Of a DNA stretch of 64,000 nucleotides, positions 1 to 9,380 are shown in pieces (the stretch's first letter is position 1; each line of letters begins with the position of its first letter). The notes under the pieces are model-generated. The model worked only from the letters and a program-made list of their open reading frames with translations, made no database searches and was not told the origin of the DNA. The DNA is taken from assembly GCA_048499675.1 (NCBI GenBank), contig JASNZL010000007.1, forward strand, positions 2,401 to 66,400, in the 5' to 3' direction. Both the position numbers and the translations under genes were made by a program. The stretch comes from Candidatus Zambryskiibacteriota bacterium (GTDB taxonomy: Bacteria > Patescibacteriota > Minisyncoccia > Phycocordibacterales > WO2-35-19).

Positions 1-248
1 TTGCATTCAAAACAGTTTCAATATTCTTCTCCTTTTCTAAGCGACAAACCATAATCAATGTAAAAGGAAACGGCTTTTTAAAAGGTTTCTCCTTGAGGTC
101 CCTATTTTCTAAGGAGAGACCTTGGGAAACTTCCATCTTTATAGGCAAAACATCAATATTATTTGAAAAAGCTTGTATCGACTTTTTGATTCTTTCTGAA
201 ACAACTCTCACCCTGTCAGAATATTTCAAAGTAAATTCCGACATCATA
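1..248 (-). CDS. Hypothetical protein, partial (5' end in window, runs off the left edge); possible glycosyltransferase-like Rossmann domain
   Basis: Open frame on the minus strand from an ATG at 248 to position 1 with no stop. The translation (…FTLIMVCRLEKEKNIETVLNA) resembles the start of a GT4 C-terminal domain. It is absent from the ORF track because it is truncated. Confidence 0.3.
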
Positions 249-708
249 AACCTAATTTTGTTTAAGTGTGATGATTCCTTAAAATATTTGTGTCCTAAGT
301 CAGTGTGAATTTGAATGTGTAGCGGTAGACCATATATCAACTTTATAAATGCGCCAACAATGCCGGTTTCGAAAGGATCCTGGCACGAAATGACATAGTC
401 ATTTCGTGAATTTTTAATTTTTAATTTAGAATTTTTAATTATTTTTTTAATGATTAAAAGCGCATCAATGATGTAAAAAAGTTTGTTCCTTGAATTAGTC
501 GGATAAACAGTAATGTTTTCCCCTATTTTGAAACTTTGGATTTTTGATTTTGGATTTGTTTGTAATTTGGAATTTGTAATTTGGAAATTTTTTTTTGAAA
601 AGACTACAATATGTAGCTTTTCAAAAAGACGCCCATACTCAATCGCCCTCTTCCTCACCGCAGAATCCTCTTCAAACAATTTCCTGTCTGTTCCTATTGA
701 GATTACTT

Positions 709-1722
709 TCATATTTTTTTATATATATCAACAAATTCCTCTGCTATCTGATCCCAAGTATGCACAAAATTAAAATTTCTTACTTTTTCTTTTGCTTTCT
801 TATAACCATCTTCAGTAAGTAAATTTTGCACAGCTTCCTTTATTTCACCTTTATCTAATGGATCAACAAAAGTCCCAGCATCTTTTATCCTATCGTAAAT
901 TCCCACTTCTTTGGTACAAATAAACGGCCTGTTTAATCTTATAGCATCCATTATCATATTTGGACTTATATCACCCAGAGAAACCAGAATAACAGCATAT
1001 GCTCTAGACATTTTCTGCATAAATTCATTATATTTAAGATCTTGTTTAAAAAGAAATACATCTTGATAATCTTTTTTTATTTCATTAAAAACTTCCTCTA
1101 GAATATCGAAGTTTTTCCAGCTCAAATTTCGAGCTGAAGCAACAAACTCTTTTGAGTCAAAATCATAATCTGATTCTTTGGGACCATAACAGTTCTCTAT
1201 TATCCCTGTTTTATTTTTATCTATTTTGTATGCTTCCAAAAATATATTCCTTTGCCAATCAGTTGAAAATATCAATGTTGAAACATTTTTCAAAGTCCAA
1301 TTTGTAAGTTTGAAAACTACTTTTTCCTTTTGGGTAAAATAATTTTTTTCTGTTTTATAAAAGTTTCGGAGCAAGACTTTCTTTTTTGTTCTCTCAGAAT
1401 ATTGCTCCCAGAGGAAATCTCCACCGGTCCTTATCAAACTTTTTTTATTAAAAATTTTTGAGGCAAACACCGTGGGTAGTCCGACACTAAACGTATCTAA
1501 CGAAACCACATAATCACACCAAATTATTTTTCTTATAATTTTAAGAAAGAAAAAAAAGTGCCTTATACCAGTTGGCAACTTATCTTCTATTGTATAGGTT
1601 TCTACCCGAACCTGATGTCCTAAATTTTCTAAAGCTAACTTTAGGTTTTTGGCATATTGTGCAGGTCCTCCAATTTTTGGTGGGTAAATACCTGTTGTTA
1701 ATAATATTTTTTTTCTTTCCAT
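709..1722 (-). CDS. Glycosyltransferase (GT-B fold, family 1/4-like)
   Basis: Begins MERKKILLTTGIYPPKIGGPAQYA…, the typical GT-B N-terminus. It sits in an operon with an epimerase and a GT4 gene. Confidence 0.55.
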   Translation of the reverse strand: MERKKILLTTGIYPPKIGGPAQYAKNLKLALENLGHQVRVETYTIEDKLPTGIRHFFFFLKIIRKIIWCDYVVSLDTFSVGLPTVFASKIFNKKSLIRTGGDFLWEQYSERTKKKVLLRNFYKTEKNYFTQKEKVVFKLTNWTLKNVSTLIFSTDWQRNIFLEAYKIDKNKTGIIENCYGPKESDYDFDSKEFVASARNLSWKNFDILEEVFNEIKKDYQDVFLFKQDLKYNEFMQKMSRAYAVILVSLGDISPNMIMDAIRLNRPFICTKEVGIYDRIKDAGTFVDPLDKGEIKEAVQNLLTEDGYKKAKEKVRNFNFVHTWDQIAEEFVDIYKKI

Positions 1723-2678
1723 TATTTTTTTCTATTTTCAAACCATTCTATGGTTTTAATTAAACCTTCTTCAAATTTAATTTTTGGTTTATATTTTAGT
1801 ATTTTTTCTGCTTTTGATATATCTGCATACGTATGCAAAACATCTCCTTTTCTTGGTGGTCTTTTTTCTAAAAGTATCTTTTTGTTAGTATATTTTTCAA
1901 TTAACTTCTTGACCATATTTACAGACACCCTTTCTCCGTGAGCAACATTAAATACTTCACCATTTAATTTACTTTTAGATTCCATTGCTAACATATTTGC
2001 AGAAACAACATTATCTACATAACAAAAATCTCTAGATTGCTTACCGTTGCCTTCAATAAAGGCTTTTTTATTATTTGGAAAATATATAGATTCTAACCAA
2101 GCAGAGATAACGGTAGAATAGGCCGAGTCGCCGTACTGCCCAGGACCATAAACATTAAAATATCTAAGGCAAACCGTGTCTAAATCAAATAGACTAGCAA
2201 ATATCTTACAGAATATTTCATCTGAATATTTTTGACCTGCATATGGAGATTTCGGATCAGGAAAATTTTCTGATTCTTTTGTAGGCATTTTTTTTGCGCC
2301 TCCATATACAGACGAAGAAGAAGAGAGTATAAACCTCTTACAACCATACTTTACCGCCTTTTCTAGAATCATAACTGTTCCATACACATTAGCGAAAGTA
2401 GTCTTTGATGGATTCTCTACCGAAAAAGAAACTCTTGGTATGGCGGCAAAATGAAAAATGAAATCCGGCTTATGATTTGCAAATATTTTATCTATTTTCT
2501 TATCATCAGTAATTGATATTTTATAAAATATTATTTTTTTATTCACTTCACTCTTTCTCCCACTGGATAGATCATCAACTCCAACAATATCTATTTCAGG
2601 ATATTTTTTTATAAATTGGTTACAAAAATTACTTCCTATAAAACCAGCACAACCAGTTACTAATACAGTTTTTTTCAT
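1722..2678 (-). CDS. NAD-dependent epimerase/dehydratase (UDP-sugar 4-epimerase-like, SDR family)
   Basis: N-terminal Rossmann motif VLVTGCAGFIGSN; an epimerase-type YxxxK motif (YAGQK). Confidence 0.8.
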   Translation of the reverse strand: MKKTVLVTGCAGFIGSNFCNQFIKKYPEIDIVGVDDLSSGRKSEVNKKIIFYKISITDDKKIDKIFANHKPDFIFHFAAIPRVSFSVENPSKTTFANVYGTVMILEKAVKYGCKRFILSSSSSVYGGAKKMPTKESENFPDPKSPYAGQKYSDEIFCKIFASLFDLDTVCLRYFNVYGPGQYGDSAYSTVISAWLESIYFPNNKKAFIEGNGKQSRDFCYVDNVVSANMLAMESKSKLNGEVFNVAHGERVSVNMVKKLIEKYTNKKILLEKRPPRKGDVLHTYADISKAEKILKYKPKIKFEEGLIKTIEWFENRKK

Positions 2679-2688
2679 TATATATTTT

Positions 2689-3912
2689 TTAAAAATTAAT
2701 AAAGACTTCTTTCATTTGTTCAGCTATCAAATCCCAATTGTATTTTTGTTTTACCATATTAAAAGCATTTTCTACAACTTGGTTTCTGTTTGAATCATTC
2801 AAAACTCTATTGACAGTTTTCGCAATACTCTCTGGATTTTCTGGTTCACAAAAGTATCCAGTTTGCACTTCTATACCACTTTGCAGTGGCTTCGCGAGAT
2901 CTACGAGAAAATCTGGTATACCACCAACTGGTGTTGCAATCACAGGAATTTTACAAGCCATCGCTTCAACAAACGAAATGCCGAAACCTTCAGAAAGTGA
3001 TGGTCTTATAAAGATATCACAAGATTTCAAATATTTTGGAAGTTCATTGTGAGAAACAAATCCCAAAAAACAGATTCGAGCTTGGAGATTGGAGCTTAGA
3101 ACTTTTTGTTTTAATGCCTCCTCTAGAGACCCAGATCCCAAAATCACAAATTTAACATTGTCCGGTAAAAATTTTAAAGCATCTATCACATCTCCCACCC
3201 CATTTTTCTTCACCAACCTCGACGATGTCACAAGCGCAACATCATTTTCTTCCATTCCCATTTCCTTTCTGATTTTTTCTCGTTCTTCGTAACTCGTATT
3301 TCGTACCTCAAATTTATCCACATCTACTCCATTCGGAATTATGCTCACTTTCCCCTCATACCCAAACCTTTCCGCCCTATCTTTTAGAAACTGGCTAAGC
3401 ACTGTAAGATGATAAGTTCTTTTGAGAGCCATCTTCCAAGAAAAATTGATGAGACCAAACCAACGTTTGGCAAAATGTTCTTCTGAATCACCTTCTTGGA
3501 GGTTTAAAATTATTGGTACTTTATGTTTAGAAAAAATATTTGCAATATAAGCCCCCCCAGAAGCAAAGGTCGCCATAATGCACCAATAAAAATCATAATG
3601 ATTTATATTATTTAATTTTAGTGTTTTTAATGCGCCCCAAAAAGGGAGCAATATTTTATCCAAAGTTTTGAAACCAGATCCAACTCTATAAACAGAAACA
3701 TTCCCTATTTTTTCAAATTTTGGGAGTTTCCTATCAAATCGCGCTGTAATCATATCAAACTGTAGATCTGAAATCCTGTCTGTTATTTCTTTGACCGCCA
3801 CCTCTGCCCCACCCACAAATGGGTAATATGCCGTTGAAAATATGAGTATTTTTTTTGATTGTTCCACAGCATTAAGCATATCAAAAACACTCCCCCTTAT
3901 CCAATTATCCAA
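2689..3912 (-). CDS. Glycosyltransferase family 4 (GT1 superfamily)
   Basis: C-terminal EGFGISFVEAMACKIPVIATPVGGIPD motif, which is the EX7E/GT4 signature. Confidence 0.8.
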   Translation of the reverse strand: MDNWIRGSVFDMLNAVEQSKKILIFSTAYYPFVGGAEVAVKEITDRISDLQFDMITARFDRKLPKFEKIGNVSVYRVGSGFKTLDKILLPFWGALKTLKLNNINHYDFYWCIMATFASGGAYIANIFSKHKVPIILNLQEGDSEEHFAKRWFGLINFSWKMALKRTYHLTVLSQFLKDRAERFGYEGKVSIIPNGVDVDKFEVRNTSYEEREKIRKEMGMEENDVALVTSSRLVKKNGVGDVIDALKFLPDNVKFVILGSGSLEEALKQKVLSSNLQARICFLGFVSHNELPKYLKSCDIFIRPSLSEGFGISFVEAMACKIPVIATPVGGIPDFLVDLAKPLQSGIEVQTGYFCEPENPESIAKTVNRVLNDSNRNQVVENAFNMVKQKYNWDLIAEQMKEVFINF

Positions 3913-3978
3913 GGGCTACCCTTGGAAGAGTTTTACCCTTATTTTTCAACACCAAAAACATCCAAGGGTAGCCCTTGG
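3909..3978. repeat. REP doublet (REPIN-like): two 17-nt palindromes, CCAAGGGCTACCCTTGG and CCAAGGGTAGCCCTTGG, separated by a ~36-nt spacer
   Basis: Perfect 7-bp stem palindromes. The same unit recurs at 37036-37120 and 37843-37919 flanking the RAYT gene, and a variant occurs at 4599-4672. Confidence 0.8.
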
Positions 3979-3989
3979 ATGTTTTTAGT

Positions 3990-4238
3990 TTATTTGTAAT
4001 GATTCGTAATTTGAAAAACTTCCATCTCTCCATTTTTATCAACAAAACATAGGGCTCTGTATTTTCTATCTAAACGAAAAGAAAATATACCTCTCCACTT
4101 TGGCTCAAGTAGCTCAAAATTCAATGAGGGATGTTTATGATTTTCTACAAACAAAGTGGACCTTTTTATCCACTTTGTAAACAAATTTCTTTTCTTTAGA
4201 TAGGTAATTAATTCTTTTCTAAGAGGTTTTATCTGCAT
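3990..4238 (-). CDS. Type II toxin, RelE/ParE superfamily (YoeB/Txe-like)
   Basis: 82 aa with C-terminal …HPSLNFELLEPKWRGIFSFRLDRKYRALCFVDKNGEMEVFQITNHYK, matching the YoeB pattern (…FSRRI..HRLVY…YHY). It sits immediately downstream of a small partner ORF. Confidence 0.6.
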   Translation of the reverse strand: MQIKPLRKELITYLKKRNLFTKWIKRSTLFVENHKHPSLNFELLEPKWRGIFSFRLDRKYRALCFVDKNGEMEVFQITNHYK

Positions 4239-4240
4239 AA

Positions 4241-4450
4241 CTATCTACTATAACTTGATTTTTCTAAACCTTTTTGCAGATCTATAATAAATTCTTTGGA
4301 ATAAAGACCTGTTTTTTTAAAATCAGCAACAACGTCTTCAGTAGAGCTTTTGACAACAGCAGAAAAAAGTTTAGTTGCTATTTTCTTGTAAGCTTTTGAT
4401 TGCTCTTTTAGTTCTTTGTATTCTTTTTTGGATATAGTCACATTACTCAT
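4241..4450 (-). CDS. Putative antitoxin partner of the YoeB-like toxin
   Basis: 69-aa ORF ending 2 nt before the toxin start, the classic antitoxin-toxin arrangement. No recognisable family. Confidence 0.4.
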   Translation of the reverse strand: MSNVTISKKEYKELKEQSKAYKKIATKLFSAVVKSSTEDVVADFKKTGLYSKEFIIDLQKGLEKSSYSR

Positions 4451-4598
4451 TACTTTATTATATCATATTTTTATATATTCAGCCACAGCAAACTCCATTC
4501 ACCCCGTTTATCTCACAATTTTCAATTTTCAATTTTGAACCCACCCATTCATAATTTTCAATTTCCAATTTTCAATTTTCAATTAACCCAACACAAAA

Positions 4599-4672
4599 CA
4601 CACAGGGTAGACCTGTGTAGATTTTTGTCGTTATTTTTCAACACTTTCAATCACACAGGGCTACCCTGTGTG
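4599..4672. repeat. Degenerate REP doublet (CACACAGGGTAGACCTGTGTAG … CACACAGGGCTACCCTGTGTG)
   Basis: Variant of the CCAAGGGTAGCCCTTGG palindrome with the shared TTATTTTTCAAC spacer. Together with 3909-3978 it brackets the toxin-antitoxin module. Confidence 0.6.
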
Positions 4673-4725
4673 TTTTGGGGTATTTTTTAGAAATTAGATT
4701 AATTAGTAATTAGAGTACTTTTTCT

Positions 4726-6720
4726 TTATTCTCCCTTCAAAATTTTCCTCAATTCTTCTTCTGGGATTTCTTTGGTGTGCTTAGAGGCCGAAGGTTTAGG
4801 CTTGGAGGTTGGAGGTTCAAGATTGGGATTTTCTTGCTTTTTTTCTTTACTATCACCTTTTACCTCTAAGCTCTCAGCTTCCTTTTCGTTCTCCATCTTG
4901 TTTTTTATTTCCGAATTTAGAATTTCTGATTTGTTTCGGGTTTCGGATTTAGAATTTTGAATTTTACTCAACGCTTCTCTCAGCGCATTTATATTCTCAG
5001 GTTTTGCTTCTTTGTTTTTATTTTTATCTCCATTTTTTAACAAAGCTAGCGAGATTTTCTCCTCCTTTTTACCCGCTTCATTGTTATTGTTTTGGAATGC
5101 GGAAGCAGAAACTTGCGCATTCGAATTGCCGTTTTTTTCTTGAAGCGCTTTTGCTATTGCTTCTTTAAGTAAAGTATTTCCTTTCTGATTCTCTTTTTTT
5201 TCTTCTGCCTTTACTTTTTGTGCAACTTCGTTTTCTTTTATTCTTTCTTTACTTTCTTTACTAACATCTGTCCCATTTCTATCTTTTCTTTCATCTTCAT
5301 TTTTTGATTTTCCCGATTTGCCACCTCGGTCAGAACTATTCTTATACTCATTTGAATCACTCTGTTTGTTTCCTTTTGTTTTATCATTTCCGTTTTCGTT
5401 TCCGCTTCCGCTTTTTTGCTCACCATTATCAGCGCTGTGCCATTCTTGAATTTTCTTCTCCACCTCCGCTTTTGGATTTGCATAATAAGCACGAGAAATT
5501 TCTACTACTTTGTCTTTGATAGAAATTTCTGGTTTTGGAATTGGAGCAAGAGTTGTAGCAGAAAACGGTGACGAGGCGACTCCGTCTATCATCAATTTTA
5601 AGTAGATCTGTACAAATCCCAGATTGACCATATCTTCAGCTGTAAAAACTGGAGCAAACTCTTTTTCTAATATTTCCGCATCATACGAACCAACCCTAAA
5701 AGAAATCATAGTGCCCACGTTACCAAAAACGGCAGCCCTCACCTCTTCTGCCATTTGTTCTATGTATTGGTGGGTAATATTTAAACTGAGTTTGTATTTT
5801 CTGGCTTCAGATAATATGTCTGCAAAACTCTTGTTGGCAAAAGATTGAAATTCATCAACATAAAGGTAGAAACTTGGTAATTTTTTTAGTTCAGTTTCTG
5901 GCATATCGGCGCGAGACATAGCAGAGAGATAAATTTTGGTTACAAGCATAGAACCCAAGAGATTGGCATTGCTCTCCCCCACCAAACCCTTTGAAAGGTT
6001 TACTACCAAAATCTTTTTCTCATCCATTATCTTTCTGATATCAAAAGAAGACTTAGATTGACCAATTATATTTCGAATCAAAGGATTTGATGTAAATTGT
6101 CCAACTTTGTTTTGGATTGCGGGGACTGCTTCGGCGGCAAACCTATCGGTATAACCGGCGAATTCTTTTGTCCAATAATCTTTGACTGATGGGTCAGTCA
6201 CGTTTGCCACAACTTTGTTTCGATATGCTTTGTCCGAGAGCATTTTGTTTATACCAAGAAGAGTAGCCCCCGGATATTCAAGTAGGGCTAGGATTGTATT
6301 TTGCAATATATACTGCATTCTGTCTGAAAAACTTTCTTCTCCGAAAACTTTTTCAAAAGCACTCATAAGACCAGAGAGAACAAGGTGTCTTCGCATAGGT
6401 CCAACATCCTCCATCACATTAAAAGAAATCGGATACTCCGTATCAAAAGGTGCAAAATATATTACATCTTTCATTCTCTCTTCCGGGATATAATCCAAAA
6501 GCAAATCTGCCGTCTTGCCGTGCGGATCAAGGAAAGCCATACCATTGCCATTCTGAATATCTTGAATCGCCATATTCTCAAGCATTGTAGACTTACCCAT
6601 TCCAGTTTTTCCTATAGAGTAGATGTGGCGAAGTCGATCTGTGTCTTTTATGCCAAACTTGACTCGCTTGTTGCGAGCATCTGTTTCGGCGAAATAAGTA
6701 ATGTTGTTTCCTTCCATCAA
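4726..6720 (-). CDS. P-loop ATPase of the TraG/TraD/VirD4 (FtsK-HerA) superfamily, DUF87-like, with a ~260-aa low-complexity K/E/N/S-rich C-terminal tail
   Basis: Walker A SIGKTGMGKST, Walker B FYLYVDEFQSF, conserved QYIEQ region. No N-terminal TM helices. The C-terminus is a compositionally biased, disordered-looking tail. Confidence 0.55.
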   Translation of the reverse strand: MMEGNNITYFAETDARNKRVKFGIKDTDRLRHIYSIGKTGMGKSTMLENMAIQDIQNGNGMAFLDPHGKTADLLLDYIPEERMKDVIYFAPFDTEYPISFNVMEDVGPMRRHLVLSGLMSAFEKVFGEESFSDRMQYILQNTILALLEYPGATLLGINKMLSDKAYRNKVVANVTDPSVKDYWTKEFAGYTDRFAAEAVPAIQNKVGQFTSNPLIRNIIGQSKSSFDIRKIMDEKKILVVNLSKGLVGESNANLLGSMLVTKIYLSAMSRADMPETELKKLPSFYLYVDEFQSFANKSFADILSEARKYKLSLNITHQYIEQMAEEVRAAVFGNVGTMISFRVGSYDAEILEKEFAPVFTAEDMVNLGFVQIYLKLMIDGVASSPFSATTLAPIPKPEISIKDKVVEISRAYYANPKAEVEKKIQEWHSADNGEQKSGSGNENGNDKTKGNKQSDSNEYKNSSDRGGKSGKSKNEDERKDRNGTDVSKESKERIKENEVAQKVKAEEKKENQKGNTLLKEAIAKALQEKNGNSNAQVSASAFQNNNNEAGKKEEKISLALLKNGDKNKNKEAKPENINALREALSKIQNSKSETRNKSEILNSEIKNKMENEKEAESLEVKGDSKEKKQENPNLEPPTSKPKPSASKHTKEIPEEELRKILKGE

Positions 6721-6782
6721 TTCAATTATACAACTTGATAATAAATTAATCTAATTGTTCTAAACAAACCCCAATATATAAA

Positions 6783-7259
6783 TTAATAAGTATTACTAAG
6801 AAAAATATTCCAAATTTCTTGAGATAGTTTGCCAAATTTGGGCGGGTTATTTTTTGTAAACCAAGATGCTTCGGCTATTTCAAATTCATCTACCACCAAA
6901 TTATCTGTGTCGCTTTTTGCGTAATAAATATAAATATTGTCTTTTTTGCCCTCTTCAGTTGATAGAATTTTTGTTATAAATTTCAAATCACAAATATCAA
7001 GACCGACCTCCTCTTTTATTTCTCTAATTCCTGTTTGTTCTGGTGTCTCACCCTTTTCCATCCTTCCGCCAGGAAAAGTTATACTCCTTTTACCATAATC
7101 GTTTATTACATACAAAAATTTACCTTCGTTTTCTATTATCACTTTTACTCCAAAAGTTTCCGGTTTGAAAACGCGCCAATACAATTTAACAACTGGAAGT
7201 AGTATAGGAGTCACTAATTTAATTATTTTCTGTTTAAAAGACATATTTTTTGAAAACAC
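6783..7259 (-). CDS. NUDIX hydrolase
   Basis: Nudix box GGRMEKGETPEQTGIREIKEEVG. Confidence 0.8.
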   Translation of the reverse strand: MFSKNMSFKQKIIKLVTPILLPVVKLYWRVFKPETFGVKVIIENEGKFLYVINDYGKRSITFPGGRMEKGETPEQTGIREIKEEVGLDICDLKFITKILSTEEGKKDNIYIYYAKSDTDNLVVDEFEIAEASWFTKNNPPKFGKLSQEIWNIFLSNTY

Positions 7260-7382
7260 AGAGCCAAATTTTCAAAATTTTAAATTCTAAACTTTTTGTT
7301 TTTACTCAGTCCAATTCCTTATGATTGGTGTTTTTGATCTTATTCATTTCTTAGGTCAATTAGTTTAATTAGAGCAATTAGG

Positions 7383-8591
7383 TTAATTCCCCAAAAGTGC
7401 TTCCCGAGTATACTTGTTACTTGGATCCCAGAGCATCCACGACGTGAGTCCAACATCATATGTCGCTTGGATTTGAGCGCGAACCATCTCTGTCGTATAA
7501 GGCACCGGATAATCAAAATCTTGAAGCCAAGGGCGGAGCTGTTTTTTGTCCAACCTTTGTAAAACTTTGGCATTTGGAGTACTTGAAGCAATTTCTTCTT
7601 TTAGGAAATTGAGTTTTGATATTGCACCATTCATACTAAATTCTATGATTTCGTATGGAACTTTGTTTGGGTCAGGCCAACCATTAAATTTGGATGGATA
7701 GTGAGATGGATAAACCATCGGCGCTACAAAATCAAAGTGCATAAGAGCATATTCCAAAACTTGCCCTATCCCCAAATCATCTGTGTTGGTAGTCGTCATA
7801 CCAAACAAATCAGCTGATGTGACAATACCGCTATCATGAAGCGAGTTGTCTAAATACTCAAAAAATTGTCGGAGCATTTCCCTCTTGGTGGTACTTCCGG
7901 TATGTGAGAAATATATATCTTCCATATTTCCATCTGATGGAAAACGAATGTAATCAAAATTTATTTCATCAAACCCAATCGCGTACGATGACTTAGCAAT
8001 ATCTATCGTGTAATCCCAAAATGGTTTCGCTCCGACATCCACAAACGAAAGTCCTTTACGATCTTTCCAAACCGCCCCATCTGATTTTCTTTTGACAGCA
8101 TACTCAGGATAAGTTCTGCTGTAAAGAGGATCTTGAAATACGGTCAAACGAGCAATTCTATAAATATTTTTGTCATAGAGATACTCCAGAAATTCCTCCA
8201 GATCTTTAGTTTTGCAACCTGTACCATCCAACTTGTCTATTGATTCTATGCCCGTATCAAATGCCACTGTGCCCGTATAATCTTTGACATCAATTACTAT
8301 AGCGTTTAATTCGGTCTCTTCTATCAATTTTACCAACCTCTCTCTAATGCTAGGAGTTGCAACGACACACTGGGTCATATAAATCGCCTTGAGTGGTTCA
8401 GGAGTTTTTATGTGTTTAACCTCTTTTTTTTGTAGCGATTCTGTCGAATCAAGGACTTCCTGATTTGGATTATCTCCCTCATTATTTTCGAAAGAAACAG
8501 ATGATGGCATTAAAAAAGAAAAAACAAAAGCAACAAGAGCTCCGCCCCCAATGAAAAAACCAAAGATTCTGCCTCTATTGTTGATTGTCAT
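7383..8591 (-). CDS. Hypothetical membrane-anchored protein, possibly a glycoside-hydrolase-like TIM barrel (DUF4015-like)
   Basis: N-terminal TM helix followed by a ~350-aa domain with alternating hydrophobic beta strands and acidic residues (…AIVIDVKDY…FDEINFDYIRFP…). Weak resemblance to GH-like families. Confidence 0.3.
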   Translation of the reverse strand: MTINNRGRIFGFFIGGGALVAFVFSFLMPSSVSFENNEGDNPNQEVLDSTESLQKKEVKHIKTPEPLKAIYMTQCVVATPSIRERLVKLIEETELNAIVIDVKDYTGTVAFDTGIESIDKLDGTGCKTKDLEEFLEYLYDKNIYRIARLTVFQDPLYSRTYPEYAVKRKSDGAVWKDRKGLSFVDVGAKPFWDYTIDIAKSSYAIGFDEINFDYIRFPSDGNMEDIYFSHTGSTTKREMLRQFFEYLDNSLHDSGIVTSADLFGMTTTNTDDLGIGQVLEYALMHFDFVAPMVYPSHYPSKFNGWPDPNKVPYEIIEFSMNGAISKLNFLKEEIASSTPNAKVLQRLDKKQLRPWLQDFDYPVPYTTEMVRAQIQATYDVGLTSWMLWDPSNKYTREALLGN

Positions 8592-8907
8592 TTTTTGAAG
8601 TATCTTCTGCTATTTTGGTAAATTTCAAATCATCTTTTTTGATAGATGGAATAGCAGATTCTTCTGGCACAGTCTCTATGCTAGACGAACTAGTTGATAC
8701 TTCTTTTGGTGTAACTATTTTTGCTCGAGGCTTTCTTGTTGGTGGTTTTACACTAACTTTTTTTAGAATTATGGGATAGATATAAATACAAAATAATATA
8801 AAACCAGACAAAGAAATAATGTAATTTCTCCAAACGTTTGGAATACCAAAGAAAGGTACGAGTATTATCCAAATTGAAAAATAAATTATAAAGTTATTCA
8901 TAAACAA
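8575..8907 (-). CDS. Hypothetical small membrane protein
   Basis: Two N-terminal TM helices; overlaps the downstream gene by 17 nt, suggesting an operon. Confidence 0.3.
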   Translation of the reverse strand: MFMNNFIIYFSIWIILVPFFGIPNVWRNYIISLSGFILFCIYIYPIILKKVSVKPPTRKPRAKIVTPKEVSTSSSSIETVPEESAIPSIKKDDLKFTKIAEDTSKNDNQQ

Positions 8908-9331
8908 AGTTTATCACAATAGACCAAAAATCAAACTGTGAATTAGATATAGAGAATTTAAAAGTTAAAAAGGCGCAAGTTAGAAAGTTCATACACGACA
9001 CCAATACACCTGCCCGCAATGCTATCGCATACGCGTTGCAGGCGGGCGAATGTATTCGAATGACACGAATATAGAGTTAGAAAGTTAAAAAGTTTAGAAA
9101 GTAACCCACTAATCACACTAATACATGCGAATCATAGCGAATGGGAGATGGGAAAGGAATAAGCTTATTTAAAAATTTTAAATTGAAAATTGAATCATTG
9201 AAAATTTATTGCGTAAAGCAACGTTGTTGCCACGCAACTTTACGTTGGAAATTGAAAATTTTAAATTAAAAATTATATAAGTACTAGTAATTAGTGGGTT
9301 AAAATTGAAAATTAAAAAGAAAAAGAAAACG

Positions 9332-9374
9332 CCCCGTTCCGCTTTGGGCTCTTGCGAGCCCTTGCGGAACGGGG
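9332..9374 (-). terminator. Rho-independent terminator of the GC-rich gene
   Basis: Hairpin CCCCGTTCCGC…GCGGAACGGGG followed on the minus strand by TTTTCTTTTTCTTTTT. Confidence 0.7.
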
Positions 9375-9380
9375 AGTTTG

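Noticed and set aside
5238-5519. ORFs 5238-5492 (-) and 5304-5519 (+) inside the ATPase gene's low-complexity tail
   Set aside because: They are nested in a repetitive K/E-rich coding region. They are frame artefacts of simple-sequence DNA.
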